DNA of 64,000 nt from Solirubrobacteraceae bacterium. Its GTDB lineage: Bacteria; Actinomycetota; Thermoleophilia; Solirubrobacterales; Solirubrobacteraceae. The stretch covers positions 5,213 to 69,212 of the forward strand of contig JASLDD010000113.1 in NCBI GenBank assembly GCA_030151725.1, in the 5' to 3' direction. Below the pieces are notes generated by a model. That model was not told the DNA's origin, searched no databases, and saw only the letters and a program-made list of their open reading frames with translations. The position numbers were made by a program, and so were the translations under genes. Positions 51,454 through 60,023 of the stretch are shown in pieces (position 1 is the first letter of the stretch; every line of letters starts with the position of its first letter).

Positions 51454-52872
51454 ATGGCGTACAGCGATGTCACACACCGGCCGCCCGACGACCAAGCAAG
51501 CGCCCCGTCTGAGGAGCCTGCCGAGCAACGCTCGGCCGAGCGCTACCGTCCGCTTCCCACCGGCACCCACGGTCTCGACCCCGAGCTCGTCAAACACGAC
51601 CAGCGCGAACGGCTGCGCGCCGCAATCGTCGAGCTGATCGCCGAAAAAGGCTATCCGTCGGTCCGCATCGTCGATCTCGCCAAGCTCGCCCACGTCTCTC
51701 AGCCCACCTTCTACACCCTCTTCGCCGACAAGGAAGAGCTGTTCCTGAGCGCCTACGACCAGATCGCCCAGCGAACCGGGCAGACCATCCTGCAGGCCTA
51801 CAACGAGCCGGGCTCACAGGACGAGCGCCTGCGCGTGGCCATGCAGGCGTTTGCCGAGCTGGCTGTCGCAGAGCCTTCCGCCATGTCGCTGTTCATGCTC
51901 GGCGCATTCGGCGCCGGGGCGACCGCACTCGAACGTCGCCGGCGGACCCTCGACGCACTCGAGGGCAGCATCCTTGCCAGCCGCGATCGTGCCGCAGCCA
52001 TGGGCCACACCGACCTCACCGTCAAAGGCATCCTCGGCGGTATTCGCGAGGTGACCGCTGCGCGCCTGCGCGAAGGCCGCCAGAGCGAACTGCCCACCCT
52101 CGCCGGGGGTCTGGCCATATGGGCCGCCTCCTACCCTCGCAAGCTTCCCGACGGCCTCGGCGCCCCTCCCAGCGCCCGCAGCAACGGCAACGCCGCCGCC
52201 CAAGCCTCCGAGCGAGCTCGCCGTGCCGAGGGTCGGCTGCCGAGCGGTCGCAGCGACCTGCCTCGCCAGTTCATCGTCAAAAGTCAACGTGAGCGCATCG
52301 TCGACGCCACCGCCGCCATCATCGCCGAGAAGGGCCTCAGCGGCCTCACCATCCCCGAAATCGCCAAACGCGCCAACGTCTCCAATCAAACTTTCTACAG
52401 CATCTACAAATCCAAGCGCGACGCCTTCCTCGGCGCCCAAAAGATCGGCATGCACCAGGCGCTTCAAGTCGCGGTCCAGGCCTATGACGTCCAACACGGT
52501 GACTGGCCCAGGGCCGTCACCGCCGGCGTGCGCGCGCTGCTCGACTACCTCGCCTCAGAGCCAACCCACGCACACCTCAACCTCGTCGATACATTCGCCG
52601 TGAGCCCCGAAGCCATCGAGATCCGCAACGCCGCCATGCAGGGCTTTGCCGTCTATCTCCAGCCCGGCTACGAGCTCGCCGCCGAGAAACACATACAGGT
52701 CCCCGCCGTCGCTGCCGAGGCCATCACCGGTGGCATCTGGCAGGTCCTTCACAGCTACGTCGAGAGCGGCTGCACCGCCCAGCTCCCCCTCGCCGCGCCC
52801 CAGCTCAGCTACATGGCACTCACACCCTTCCTCGGTCCCCTTGCCGCCGCCGAGGTGGCGCGAACCGCCTGA
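51454..52872 (+). CDS. Tandem (double) TetR-family regulator
   Basis: Two repeats: LPTGTHGL...QRERLRAA...HVSQPTFY and LPSGRSDL...QRERIVDA...NVSNQTFY. Confidence 0.88.
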   Translation: MAYSDVTHRPPDDQASAPSEEPAEQRSAERYRPLPTGTHGLDPELVKHDQRERLRAAIVELIAEKGYPSVRIVDLAKLAHVSQPTFYTLFADKEELFLSAYDQIAQRTGQTILQAYNEPGSQDERLRVAMQAFAELAVAEPSAMSLFMLGAFGAGATALERRRRTLDALEGSILASRDRAAAMGHTDLTVKGILGGIREVTAARLREGRQSELPTLAGGLAIWAASYPRKLPDGLGAPPSARSNGNAAAQASERARRAEGRLPSGRSDLPRQFIVKSQRERIVDATAAIIAEKGLSGLTIPEIAKRANVSNQTFYSIYKSKRDAFLGAQKIGMHQALQVAVQAYDVQHGDWPRAVTAGVRALLDYLASEPTHAHLNLVDTFAVSPEAIEIRNAAMQGFAVYLQPGYELAAEKHIQVPAVAAEAITGGIWQVLHSYVESGCTAQLPLAAPQLSYMALTPFLGPLAAAEVARTA

Positions 52873-52918
52873 GCAGGCATCAGCCCGCCGCGACGGTAGG
52901 AGTACATGTCTCTTTGCA

Positions 52919-52948
52919 AAGGCTGTATAGCCATGGCTATACAGCCTT
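52919..52948. repeat. Palindromic element family A, copy 2 (perfect 30-bp palindrome)
   Basis: AAGGCTGTATAGCCATGGCTATACAGCCTT between convergent genes. Confidence 0.9.
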
Positions 52949-53002
52949 GCGAGAAAGAAAAAGGCGACACCGCCGCTGCGTGGGGGCGGAGCCTAGAATC
53001 CG

Positions 53003-53512
53003 CTAGTGCGCGGCGCTGCTCGCCAGCGCGTACGCGGCCTTACCTTCACGCTTTGCGCGAGTCACAGCCCCCGAGCTGAGCATCCGGCGAAGGTTCTCAC
53101 GGATGTTCTGCCCGCTCATCGCCGTCACAACCGTAAGCTCGCCAACCGTATGCGAGCCATGCTCAAGCGCCGCCAGGATCGCCTGCTGGGCTGCGCCCCG
53201 CACAGCCCTCGTGCGAGTTGCCGCGCCACTGCTGCCATTTTCAGGTCGCGTCGAGCTGGCCCGCCCGATCGCCCCCGCCGCTGAGCCACGTGGGCCGGCC
53301 GCGGAGCGGCCCCTGCCGGCCGTCACCGTCCGTTTGACTTTTACGCTCTTGGCCTCTGGCGCGGGAGCCGCGACAGCCCTCGCCTTCCCGTCCGCCAATC
53401 CCAACGCATCTGCCGCCTCCAGCAGACGCTCATACTCAGCCAGTAACGGGCGTAGCTCCTGCAGCCGCGCGTCTATCTCCGCGCTTATGCTCTTAAGCAG
53501 ATCAGCGGCCAT
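53003..53512 (-). CDS. Hypothetical DNA-binding protein: N-terminal coiled coil, basic linker, C-terminal winged HTH
   Basis: EIDARLQELRPLLAEYERLLEA; K/R/A/S-rich linker; AILAALEHGSHTVGELTVVTAMSGQNIRENLRRM...YAL. Confidence 0.65.
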   Translation of the reverse strand: MAADLLKSISAEIDARLQELRPLLAEYERLLEAADALGLADGKARAVAAPAPEAKSVKVKRTVTAGRGRSAAGPRGSAAGAIGRASSTRPENGSSGAATRTRAVRGAAQQAILAALEHGSHTVGELTVVTAMSGQNIRENLRRMLSSGAVTRAKREGKAAYALASSAAH

Positions 53513-53540
53513 CAGGCTCGCCCTGTCTCGCACACTGCGA

Positions 53541-54272
53541 TCAACCGAGAGCCGCGCCGTGCAGGCCGCTCGTGGGGCGCTCGCGCACGTCCCACCACTC
53601 GTTCACAGAGTCCAACGCCCCGCCGATGATGCCCTCTCGGAACGACACCGTGTCGTTCAAGCGCGGCAGCGGCTCCGCCGGCACTGCCACCTCCAGGAAC
53701 TCGCACAGCGGATCCCAGCCTTCGCTCGGATTCCACACCAGCAGTCGCTCCGCCGGAACCGTCGCCTTGACGGCATCGTTCCATCGGTCCATTGCCGCAA
53801 TCAGGCCCTCCAGCGTGGAGGTGTCGCCCGCAAGCGCGCCCACCCCCTCCTCCCAGTTCATGTGCGTCATCAGCTTCACGTAGCGCTGCCACAGCGGGTC
53901 CACCACCGTGCGCGCCTCCGAGAGGTGATGGATGACCGAGTGCCCGTGGAACATGCCCCACACCGTTTCCCGCATGCTCTGGGCCCATTCCTCGCCGCCG
54001 CGCACGCTCAGCAGCACCTTGGCGTCCGGGTAGTAATCCATCAGCTGGTCGTAGTAGCGCGCCGAGGGCCAATCCACCGTCGAGCTCGCGCCGCCCAAAA
54101 TCGTCTCCCAGTCAGGCGATCCTTCCGTCACCGCTTCCCACAGAGGCAAGCCCTTGTCAAGGTCCGCCAGCAGGTCGCGCATGTGGTAGCAGGGGCCGAA
54201 GCCGAGCTGTTCCAGCGCAAACATCTGCGTCGTGGTTGCCGTCCGGGGAAGGCCTGCGCCGATTACTTTCAT
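53541..54272 (-). CDS. PAPS-dependent sulfotransferase family protein (Sulfotransfer_4-like)
   Basis: MKVIGAGLPRTATTT, GPCYHM, VDWP, KVLLSVR...WAQS, VPAERLL, EGWDPLCEFL, PLPRLN; no signal peptide. Confidence 0.85.
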   Translation of the reverse strand: MKVIGAGLPRTATTTQMFALEQLGFGPCYHMRDLLADLDKGLPLWEAVTEGSPDWETILGGASSTVDWPSARYYDQLMDYYPDAKVLLSVRGGEEWAQSMRETVWGMFHGHSVIHHLSEARTVVDPLWQRYVKLMTHMNWEEGVGALAGDTSTLEGLIAAMDRWNDAVKATVPAERLLVWNPSEGWDPLCEFLEVAVPAEPLPRLNDTVSFREGIIGGALDSVNEWWDVRERPTSGLHGAALG

Positions 54273-54332
54273 GAACGAATACACATTTCTGTTTCCGGAT
54301 TTCTATCAGTTCTTTCCCCTGCGAAGCCGCAG

Positions 54333-54989
54333 CTAGCGCGTCACCCGCAGGTAGGCAAGCACTGCAAGCACCCGTCGGTGATCGTCATCGCAGGCCCCCA
54401 GGTCGAGCTTCGCGAAGATATTCGTGATGTGCTTCTCCACCGCCCCCGGAGTCACAACCAGGCTCTCCGCAACCGCCGCATTGGAGCGTCCCTCAGCCAT
54501 CAGCGCCAGCACCTGCTGCTCGCGCACCGTCAAACCCGCCAGCGCCTCCCGCCTCACCCCATCTCGTGGAGCCAGCAGCTCCGCAACAACCTGGCGATCC
54601 AGCACCGTGCCCCCTGCCGCCACACGTCGCAGCGCATCCAGGAATGCCCTCACATCGCCCACCCGCTCCTTGAGCAGGTAGCCGATCCCCGCTGTCTCTT
54701 CGCCGATCAGCTCACTCGCATAGGCAGTCTCCACGTACTGCGAGAGCACAAGCACGCCAAGCGCAGGCTGACGCTTGCGCGCCTCGATCGCCGCCAGCAG
54801 GCCCTCGTCGCTGAACGTCGGCGGCAGACGCACATCCACTATCGCCAAGTCCGGTTCGTGGCCCGCTATCGCCCGCAATAGCCCAGGTCCGTCCTCCACC
54901 TGAGCCACCACCTCGATGTCGTTCTCCCGCAGCAACGCCACCAAGCCCTCGCGCAACAGCGCCAGGTCCTCAGCAATCACTACCCGCAA
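54333..54989 (-). CDS. NarL/LuxR-family response regulator
   Basis: VVIAED, IVDVRLPP, GYLLK, LTVREQQVLALMAEGRSN, VEKH. Confidence 0.95.
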   Translation of the reverse strand: MRVVIAEDLALLREGLVALLRENDIEVVAQVEDGPGLLRAIAGHEPDLAIVDVRLPPTFSDEGLLAAIEARKRQPALGVLVLSQYVETAYASELIGEETAGIGYLLKERVGDVRAFLDALRRVAAGGTVLDRQVVAELLAPRDGVRREALAGLTVREQQVLALMAEGRSNAAVAESLVVTPGAVEKHITNIFAKLDLGACDDDHRRVLAVLAYLRVTR

Positions 54990-56086
54990 GGCAGCCTCAC
55001 CTCAACAACCGTCCCCCCGCCCTCCGGGCTCGCCAGCTCAAGGCTCCCATCCAGTGCCTCCACCCGCGCACGCAAGCCGACCAGACCCGAGCCCTGCCTG
55101 TCCGCGCCCCCGCAGCCGTCGTCGCCCACCACCACCGTCAGACCCCTGCGCTCCTCCGTCAGCTCGACCCAGCTGCGCTGCGCCCCAGCGTGCTTGGCCG
55201 TGTTCGTCAGCGCCTCCGCGATCACGAAGTAAGCCGCGCTCTCCACCGCCGGGGTCAGCCCCCTGCGCACATCGGCTGTCACAGACGTGCCCTGCCCATA
55301 GCGCGCCGCCAACGACTCCACCGCCGCCACCAGTCCGCGATCGGCCAGCAGCGGCGGCACGATGCCGCGCGCCAGGTCGCGCAGCTCCTCAATCGCCTGA
55401 TGAGCCTCATGCTGGGCGTCGTGGATCAACCGTCTGACATCAGGTTGATCCTGCACCCTCAGCTCGGCCCTGCCCAACTGCAACGTCAGCGCTACCAGCC
55501 GTGCCTGTGCCCCGTCGTGCAGATCGCGCTCTATCCGCCTGAGCTCCGCCGCCTGCGCCACCACCGCCTGCCTGCGCGTGTGCGTGAGCATGTCGATCCG
55601 TGCCCTCAGCGCACGGCGACCGTGTGCCACCAGCACACGATCTTGAAGCGCAATCAGCGAGTAGCCGCTGCCGGCCGTCGCCAGGCCCAAAAGCGCCCAC
55701 GCCGGCCAAAACGAGTGCGCGCCCGCCAACAGCCATGTCAACAACCACGTGAACACCAAGATCACCGCCGCCGCGCCTACCACCGCCCACACGCATGCCA
55801 CCCGCCTGATCGCTCCAGGCGGATGACGCCACGCCCAGCCCGCTGTGAAGTCCAGCAGCACCAGGTCACCCAGTCCCAGCCACGCCCACGCCGGCCAGAA
55901 GTAGCCCTGACCGTCAAGCGCCCAAATCGCCGCCAGCAGCACAGCCGTCAGGAATGCCAGCCGGCGCTCCACCGAGCGGGCGTATTCGCCGATCGAAAGC
56001 CCTGCCGCCAGCGTGGGCATCCAGCGGCGTGCCCTGCCACCACGTGGCAGCGACAGCTCAGCCGACAGCCGCGCGCGTTGATCCAT
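54980..56086 (-). CDS. Membrane sensor histidine kinase (HisKA_3 type)
   Basis: RRIERDLHDG, EALTNTAKHA, DDGCGG, GSGLVGL; four N-terminal TM helices. Confidence 0.92.
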   Translation of the reverse strand: MDQRARLSAELSLPRGGRARRWMPTLAAGLSIGEYARSVERRLAFLTAVLLAAIWALDGQGYFWPAWAWLGLGDLVLLDFTAGWAWRHPPGAIRRVACVWAVVGAAAVILVFTWLLTWLLAGAHSFWPAWALLGLATAGSGYSLIALQDRVLVAHGRRALRARIDMLTHTRRQAVVAQAAELRRIERDLHDGAQARLVALTLQLGRAELRVQDQPDVRRLIHDAQHEAHQAIEELRDLARGIVPPLLADRGLVAAVESLAARYGQGTSVTADVRRGLTPAVESAAYFVIAEALTNTAKHAGAQRSWVELTEERRGLTVVVGDDGCGGADRQGSGLVGLRARVEALDGSLELASPEGGGTVVEVRLPCG

Positions 56087-56130
56087 TCCAGCAATCCTCC
56101 CACGGCGCACCAGCCGCCGAGCCACCGAGC

Positions 56131-57147
56131 TCAGAGAGTCTTGCTCGCCTGACGCTCCGGGCCAATGCGCTGCACGTCCCAGATCAGCCCCCCACGCTCG
56201 AGCGCCCTGATTGCCAGGCCCGACACGTCGAGCTCCCAGCGAGCCATCCCATGGAACGCCGAAGTGGGGAACGCGTGGTGGTTGTTGTGCCACGCCTCCC
56301 CAAACGACAGCGGTGCTAGCCACAGCAGGTTGCGGGAGTGATCCTCCGTGCGAAAGCGCCTGCTGCCAAAGAAGTGACACAACGAGTTGATGCTGTAGGT
56401 GACGTGGTGGAGCACAAGGATGCGTACCGCGCCTCCCCACAGAAGCGCCTCCAGCCCCGCATCCAGCGTGCCACCCAGCGCCACCCCCAAGCCAAACGGG
56501 ATCGCCAGGCCCACCAACGACCACAGCAGGAAAGTCCTGTCCACGAACGCCACCACCGGGTCTGCCAGCAGATCCGGTGCAAAGCGCTCTCGGGCTCCCC
56601 GCTGGGTGTGGTCGAACAGCCAGCCCACATGCGCATGGACCAGACCCCGAAGCGCCCCTCGCCAGCCCCCGCCGTGATCCACATGCGGGCTGTGCGGGTC
56701 TCCTAGGCGATCCGTGTACACGTGATGCTTGCGATGGTCCGCCACCCAAGAGATCACAGGCCCCTCAACAGACATCGTGCCCGCGACCGCCAACAACCCT
56801 CGAAGCCACGCCGACGTCTTGAAGCTGCGGTGCGTGAGCAGCCTGTGAAAGCCCATCGTCACGCCCAGCCCCGTCACTACATACAGGACCCCCAAGATCG
56901 CCAAGTCCCGCCAGTGCAGCTCACGATTCCACAGCTGCCAGCCTGCCACCACCAGCAGCAGCGGCGGCACCGCCGTGATCAAGCCCGTGATCGCCCGATC
57001 GACGTTCTCGAGCACCGGCACCTGGATCTCCTCCGGCGAGGGACCCTCGCGTTCCGCGCTCGGGGACGCCCGCTGAGGCTGTGGCTGGGGCTGCGCCGCG
57101 GACTCTGGCTGGGGGTGCTCGAGGGTCTCGCCGGTGACGCCATGCAT
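56131..57147 (-). CDS. Delta-9-type acyl-CoA/acyl-lipid desaturase
   Basis: His boxes HRLLTH, HRKHH, HNNHH; DPHSP. Confidence 0.93.
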   Translation of the reverse strand: MHGVTGETLEHPQPESAAQPQPQPQRASPSAEREGPSPEEIQVPVLENVDRAITGLITAVPPLLLVVAGWQLWNRELHWRDLAILGVLYVVTGLGVTMGFHRLLTHRSFKTSAWLRGLLAVAGTMSVEGPVISWVADHRKHHVYTDRLGDPHSPHVDHGGGWRGALRGLVHAHVGWLFDHTQRGARERFAPDLLADPVVAFVDRTFLLWSLVGLAIPFGLGVALGGTLDAGLEALLWGGAVRILVLHHVTYSINSLCHFFGSRRFRTEDHSRNLLWLAPLSFGEAWHNNHHAFPTSAFHGMARWELDVSGLAIRALERGGLIWDVQRIGPERQASKTL

Positions 57148-57213
57148 GCCTCTTGATGTTGAGAGGCGATGCTCGATTTGTCGATGCGGCCGACCACCCA
57201 GCGAGCGACGGCA

Positions 57214-57244
57214 TACCCCCGCATCTCTCTCGGGGTAGCCCCCC
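57214..57244 (-). promoter_or_regulatory. Possible response-regulator binding site upstream of the desaturase operon
   Basis: TACCCC-N12-GGGGTA inverted repeat overlapping GGGGTAGCCCC; short and GC-rich, so it may be chance. Confidence 0.3.
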
Positions 57245-57280
57245 GACGGCTGCTTGCTGCTGCGCCGGCACTATCTCTTT

Positions 57281-57316
57281 GCGAACGCTGTATAACCATC
57301 GCTATACAGCGTTCGC
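57281..57316. repeat. Palindromic element family A, copy 3
   Basis: GCGAACGCTGTATA-ACCATCGC-TATACAGCGTTCGC: perfect 14-bp arms around an 8-bp spacer. Confidence 0.9.
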
Positions 57317-57387
57317 ATTTTGTTACATGCCACGCAGCAGACCCGCCCGGCGCGCGCGCACTGCACCTGCAAAAAACGGAGCCCCGC

Positions 57388-58380
57388 TCAGCCGCCTCGC
57401 ACGTCGAGCACGACCTTGCCCGTCGCCCCGCGCTCGTCCAGCAGCTTCAAGGCATCCGCCGCGCACTCCATCGGGAAGCGCTTTCCCACGATCGGCTTGA
57501 TGAAGCCCTCGTCCACCATGCGGCTGACCTGCGCGCCGATCTCACGGTTCACGTCCGGTTTGCCCATCACGTAGGCCCCCCAGCCCGCGCCCACCACCTC
57601 CGTGTTCTTGAGCAGCAGCCGGTTCACCTTCACTTCCGGGATCGAGCCCCCCGTGAAGCCCACCACGATCAGCCTGCCGTTCTCCCGCAGCGAGCGCAGG
57701 CTGTCCGTGAAGCGGTCGCCGCCCACTGGGTCCAGCACCACATCCACGCCGCCGCCCGAGAGCTCTTTGACCTCGTCCTTCCAGCTATCGCTCAGCATCA
57801 CCACCTCATCGGCCCCCGCCGACGCGGCCACCGCTCGCTTCTCCTCGCTCGAGACCAGCGCGATCGTGCGCGCGCCCATCGCCTTTGCCACCTGCAGCGA
57901 TGCCGTGCCCACGCCTCCCGCCGCCCCGTGCACCAGCACGCTCTCGCCCTCCTTCAGGCGTCCGCGCATCGCCAGCGAGAAGTAAGCCGTGTGGTAGTTC
58001 AGGACCAGGCCCGCACCCTGCGCGAAATCCAGGCCGTCCGCCAGCGGGAACGTGAAGTACTCCGGCGCCACCGCCGTCTGCGCCCAGCCGCCCAGCGCGC
58101 AGAACGCCGCCACTCGATCCCCCACTGCGACCGCCGCACCCTCCGGGGCGCTGAGCACGATCCCCCCGACCTCGCTGCCCGGCACGAACGGCAGCGGCGG
58201 TTTCATCTGGTATTCGCCCCGTGTCTGCAGCAGCTCCGGGAACGACACACCCGCCACATGCACCTCCACCAGCACGCCCTCCCCAGGCGTAAGCATGTGT
58301 GACGCCTCCGGCTCCGGGATGTCAACAAGGGACAGCGCGCTCTCGGGACCCGACTCCTCGATTATCTGGATTGCTCTCAT
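57388..58380 (-). CDS. NADPH:quinone oxidoreductase (MDR family)
   Basis: GEYQMKPPLPFVPGSE, VHGAAGGVG, DPVGG, GKVVL. CATAAT lies 7 nt before ATG 58380. Confidence 0.92.
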   Translation of the reverse strand: MRAIQIIEESGPESALSLVDIPEPEASHMLTPGEGVLVEVHVAGVSFPELLQTRGEYQMKPPLPFVPGSEVGGIVLSAPEGAAVAVGDRVAAFCALGGWAQTAVAPEYFTFPLADGLDFAQGAGLVLNYHTAYFSLAMRGRLKEGESVLVHGAAGGVGTASLQVAKAMGARTIALVSSEEKRAVAASAGADEVVMLSDSWKDEVKELSGGGVDVVLDPVGGDRFTDSLRSLRENGRLIVVGFTGGSIPEVKVNRLLLKNTEVVGAGWGAYVMGKPDVNREIGAQVSRMVDEGFIKPIVGKRFPMECAADALKLLDERGATGKVVLDVRGG

Positions 58381-58538
58381 AGGGATGATTATGTCCAAGC
58401 CGAGCCCTGCCGGCAGCGCGACCCGCGAGCCGGGGCCACGAACGCGGCGAAGTCGTGACCTCACCAACCCGTCGCTCACCCGCGTTACACTCCTCAGCAA
58501 GTAGTCACTGTTGCGAGGCCGGGGTTCGGGGAGGTCCG

Positions 58539-59069
58539 ATGAAGAGCGCAATCGCAGCGATCATGACCTTGGCGGCAGGGCTGTTGGTCGTCAACATGCT
58601 CGGCGTAGCCGTCGCCGAAGCGCCAACCACCCCTCCTCCGCGGACCGTCAGCGTGGACGGCGTGGCCAACGTCCCCATCGCCCAGAGCGAAAGCGCCACC
58701 GGCGCAAACGCCGTCTACCGCCAGGGCATGGCCGCCGCCGCAGCCGACGGGCAGAACAAGGCCGAATTCCTCGCTGCCAAGCTCGGCGGGACGCTCGGCT
58801 CCGTCCAGACCATCGCCGAGGGCAGCGGCTCCATCGAATGCACTTCGCCCACCAGCGGCGAAGAAGGCTACGCCCAATACGAAGGCGCCCAGCCCGACTT
58901 CGGCTCGGGCTCCCAGTCCCGCGTAGCCGTGCCGCTGGCGGAGTCCAAGGCGGGCGCCCCCAAGCGCAAGGTCACGCCCAAGCGCAAGAAGCATCCCACC
59001 GCCAAAAAGGCCACCGCCGCAAGCTGCACGCTCTCCACCAACGTCGCCCTCGTCTACACCCTCAACTAA
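58539..59069 (+). CDS. Secreted SIMPL/DUF541-like protein
   Basis: Signal peptide; RTVSVDG; AAAAADGQNKAEFLAAKLGGTLGSVQTIAE; GGAGG ribosome-binding site. Confidence 0.65.
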   Translation: MKSAIAAIMTLAAGLLVVNMLGVAVAEAPTTPPPRTVSVDGVANVPIAQSESATGANAVYRQGMAAAAADGQNKAEFLAAKLGGTLGSVQTIAEGSGSIECTSPTSGEEGYAQYEGAQPDFGSGSQSRVAVPLAESKAGAPKRKVTPKRKKHPTAKKATAASCTLSTNVALVYTLN

Positions 59070-59998
59070 TCGACCCGCAGCACCGCCTTGCCGGCGATGC
59101 GGCGATCCAGCAGCGCCTCCACCGCCTCCGCGGCATCGCGCCACGAACCTTCGTGGTCGATCGAGCACTCCAGCCGCCCCTGCTCGACCAGCGCCACAAG
59201 GCGCTCCAGATCATCCGTCCCGGTCGGCTCGCGAGCGAGCACCCCGAACAGGTAGAAGCCGTGCAGGCGCGCACCAGGCGCACGCCCGAAGAACTCCCGC
59301 GTTGGGAACTGCACAGGGTCTTTGTCGCTGGACGCAAACGACACGATCGCGCCAAACGGGGCCACCCGCTGCATCGCCGCGCCGAGCGTCGCCCCGCCCA
59401 CGCCCTCCACGATCGCATCCCACTCATCCTCGCCCTCTGCGTCCAAGCGCTCGATCACCTCATCGGCGCCAAGCTCCGCCAACCCGCTCGCACGCGCAGG
59501 GCTCGACGACACACCCGTCACGTGAGCTCCCGCCATCTTTGCCAGCTGGATCGCAAAACGTCCAACCCCTCCACTCGCGCCTGTCACCAGCACCCTGCGG
59601 CCGAGCACCGGCCCGATGATGTCGAGGGCTTTCAAAGCCGTCATGCCCGCCACCGGCAGAGTCGCCGCCTGAGCATCCGACACTCCATCCGGGAGCGCCG
59701 CCAGCACATGCGTGTCGATCGCCGCCAGCTGCGCCCAGCCGGCGTTCTGCGAGAGGCCCACCACACGCGTGCCCGCCCCTGGGCCAGTCCCATCCGCGGC
59801 CGCTCGCTCGACCACGCCCGCCACATCCCATCCCGTCAGCCGGCCATCCTCCATGTCCGCCAGACGCCTCGTCTCGCCGCGGTTCAGCGAGAACGCGCTC
59901 ACGCGCACCAGCGCCTGGCCCGACAGCGGGCTCGGGTCCGGGACATCGCGCAGCTGCACGTTGCCCCGCGCTGCCTGAGAGACTGTCAGCGCAAGCAT
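59066..59998 (-). CDS. MDR-family (quinone reductase-like) dehydrogenase
   Basis: SLNRGE, GWDVAG, ATLPVAGMTA, VTGASGGVG, GKAVL. Confidence 0.9.
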   Translation of the reverse strand: MLALTVSQAARGNVQLRDVPDPSPLSGQALVRVSAFSLNRGETRRLADMEDGRLTGWDVAGVVERAAADGTGPGAGTRVVGLSQNAGWAQLAAIDTHVLAALPDGVSDAQAATLPVAGMTALKALDIIGPVLGRRVLVTGASGGVGRFAIQLAKMAGAHVTGVSSSPARASGLAELGADEVIERLDAEGEDEWDAIVEGVGGATLGAAMQRVAPFGAIVSFASSDKDPVQFPTREFFGRAPGARLHGFYLFGVLAREPTGTDDLERLVALVEQGRLECSIDHEGSWRDAAEAVEALLDRRIAGKAVLRVD

Positions 59999-60023
59999 GC
60001 GCTCGATGCTAGCCGGCTCCGAT

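Noticed and set aside
52923..52944. LexA SOS box (CTGT...ACAG)
   Set aside because: Spacing is N14 rather than the N8 of the E. coli-type box, and the Gram-positive box GAAC-N4-GTTC does not fit either.
52919..52965. Palindrome copy 2 as a simple intrinsic terminator
   Set aside because: It has no loop and no proper U-tract after the stem on either strand, and the sequence is conserved at two other sites. It may still aid termination.
47544..57316. CRISPR array, or a transposon with terminal inverted repeats
   Set aside because: Repeats are 4-5 kb apart; no cas genes, transposase or clear target-site duplication.
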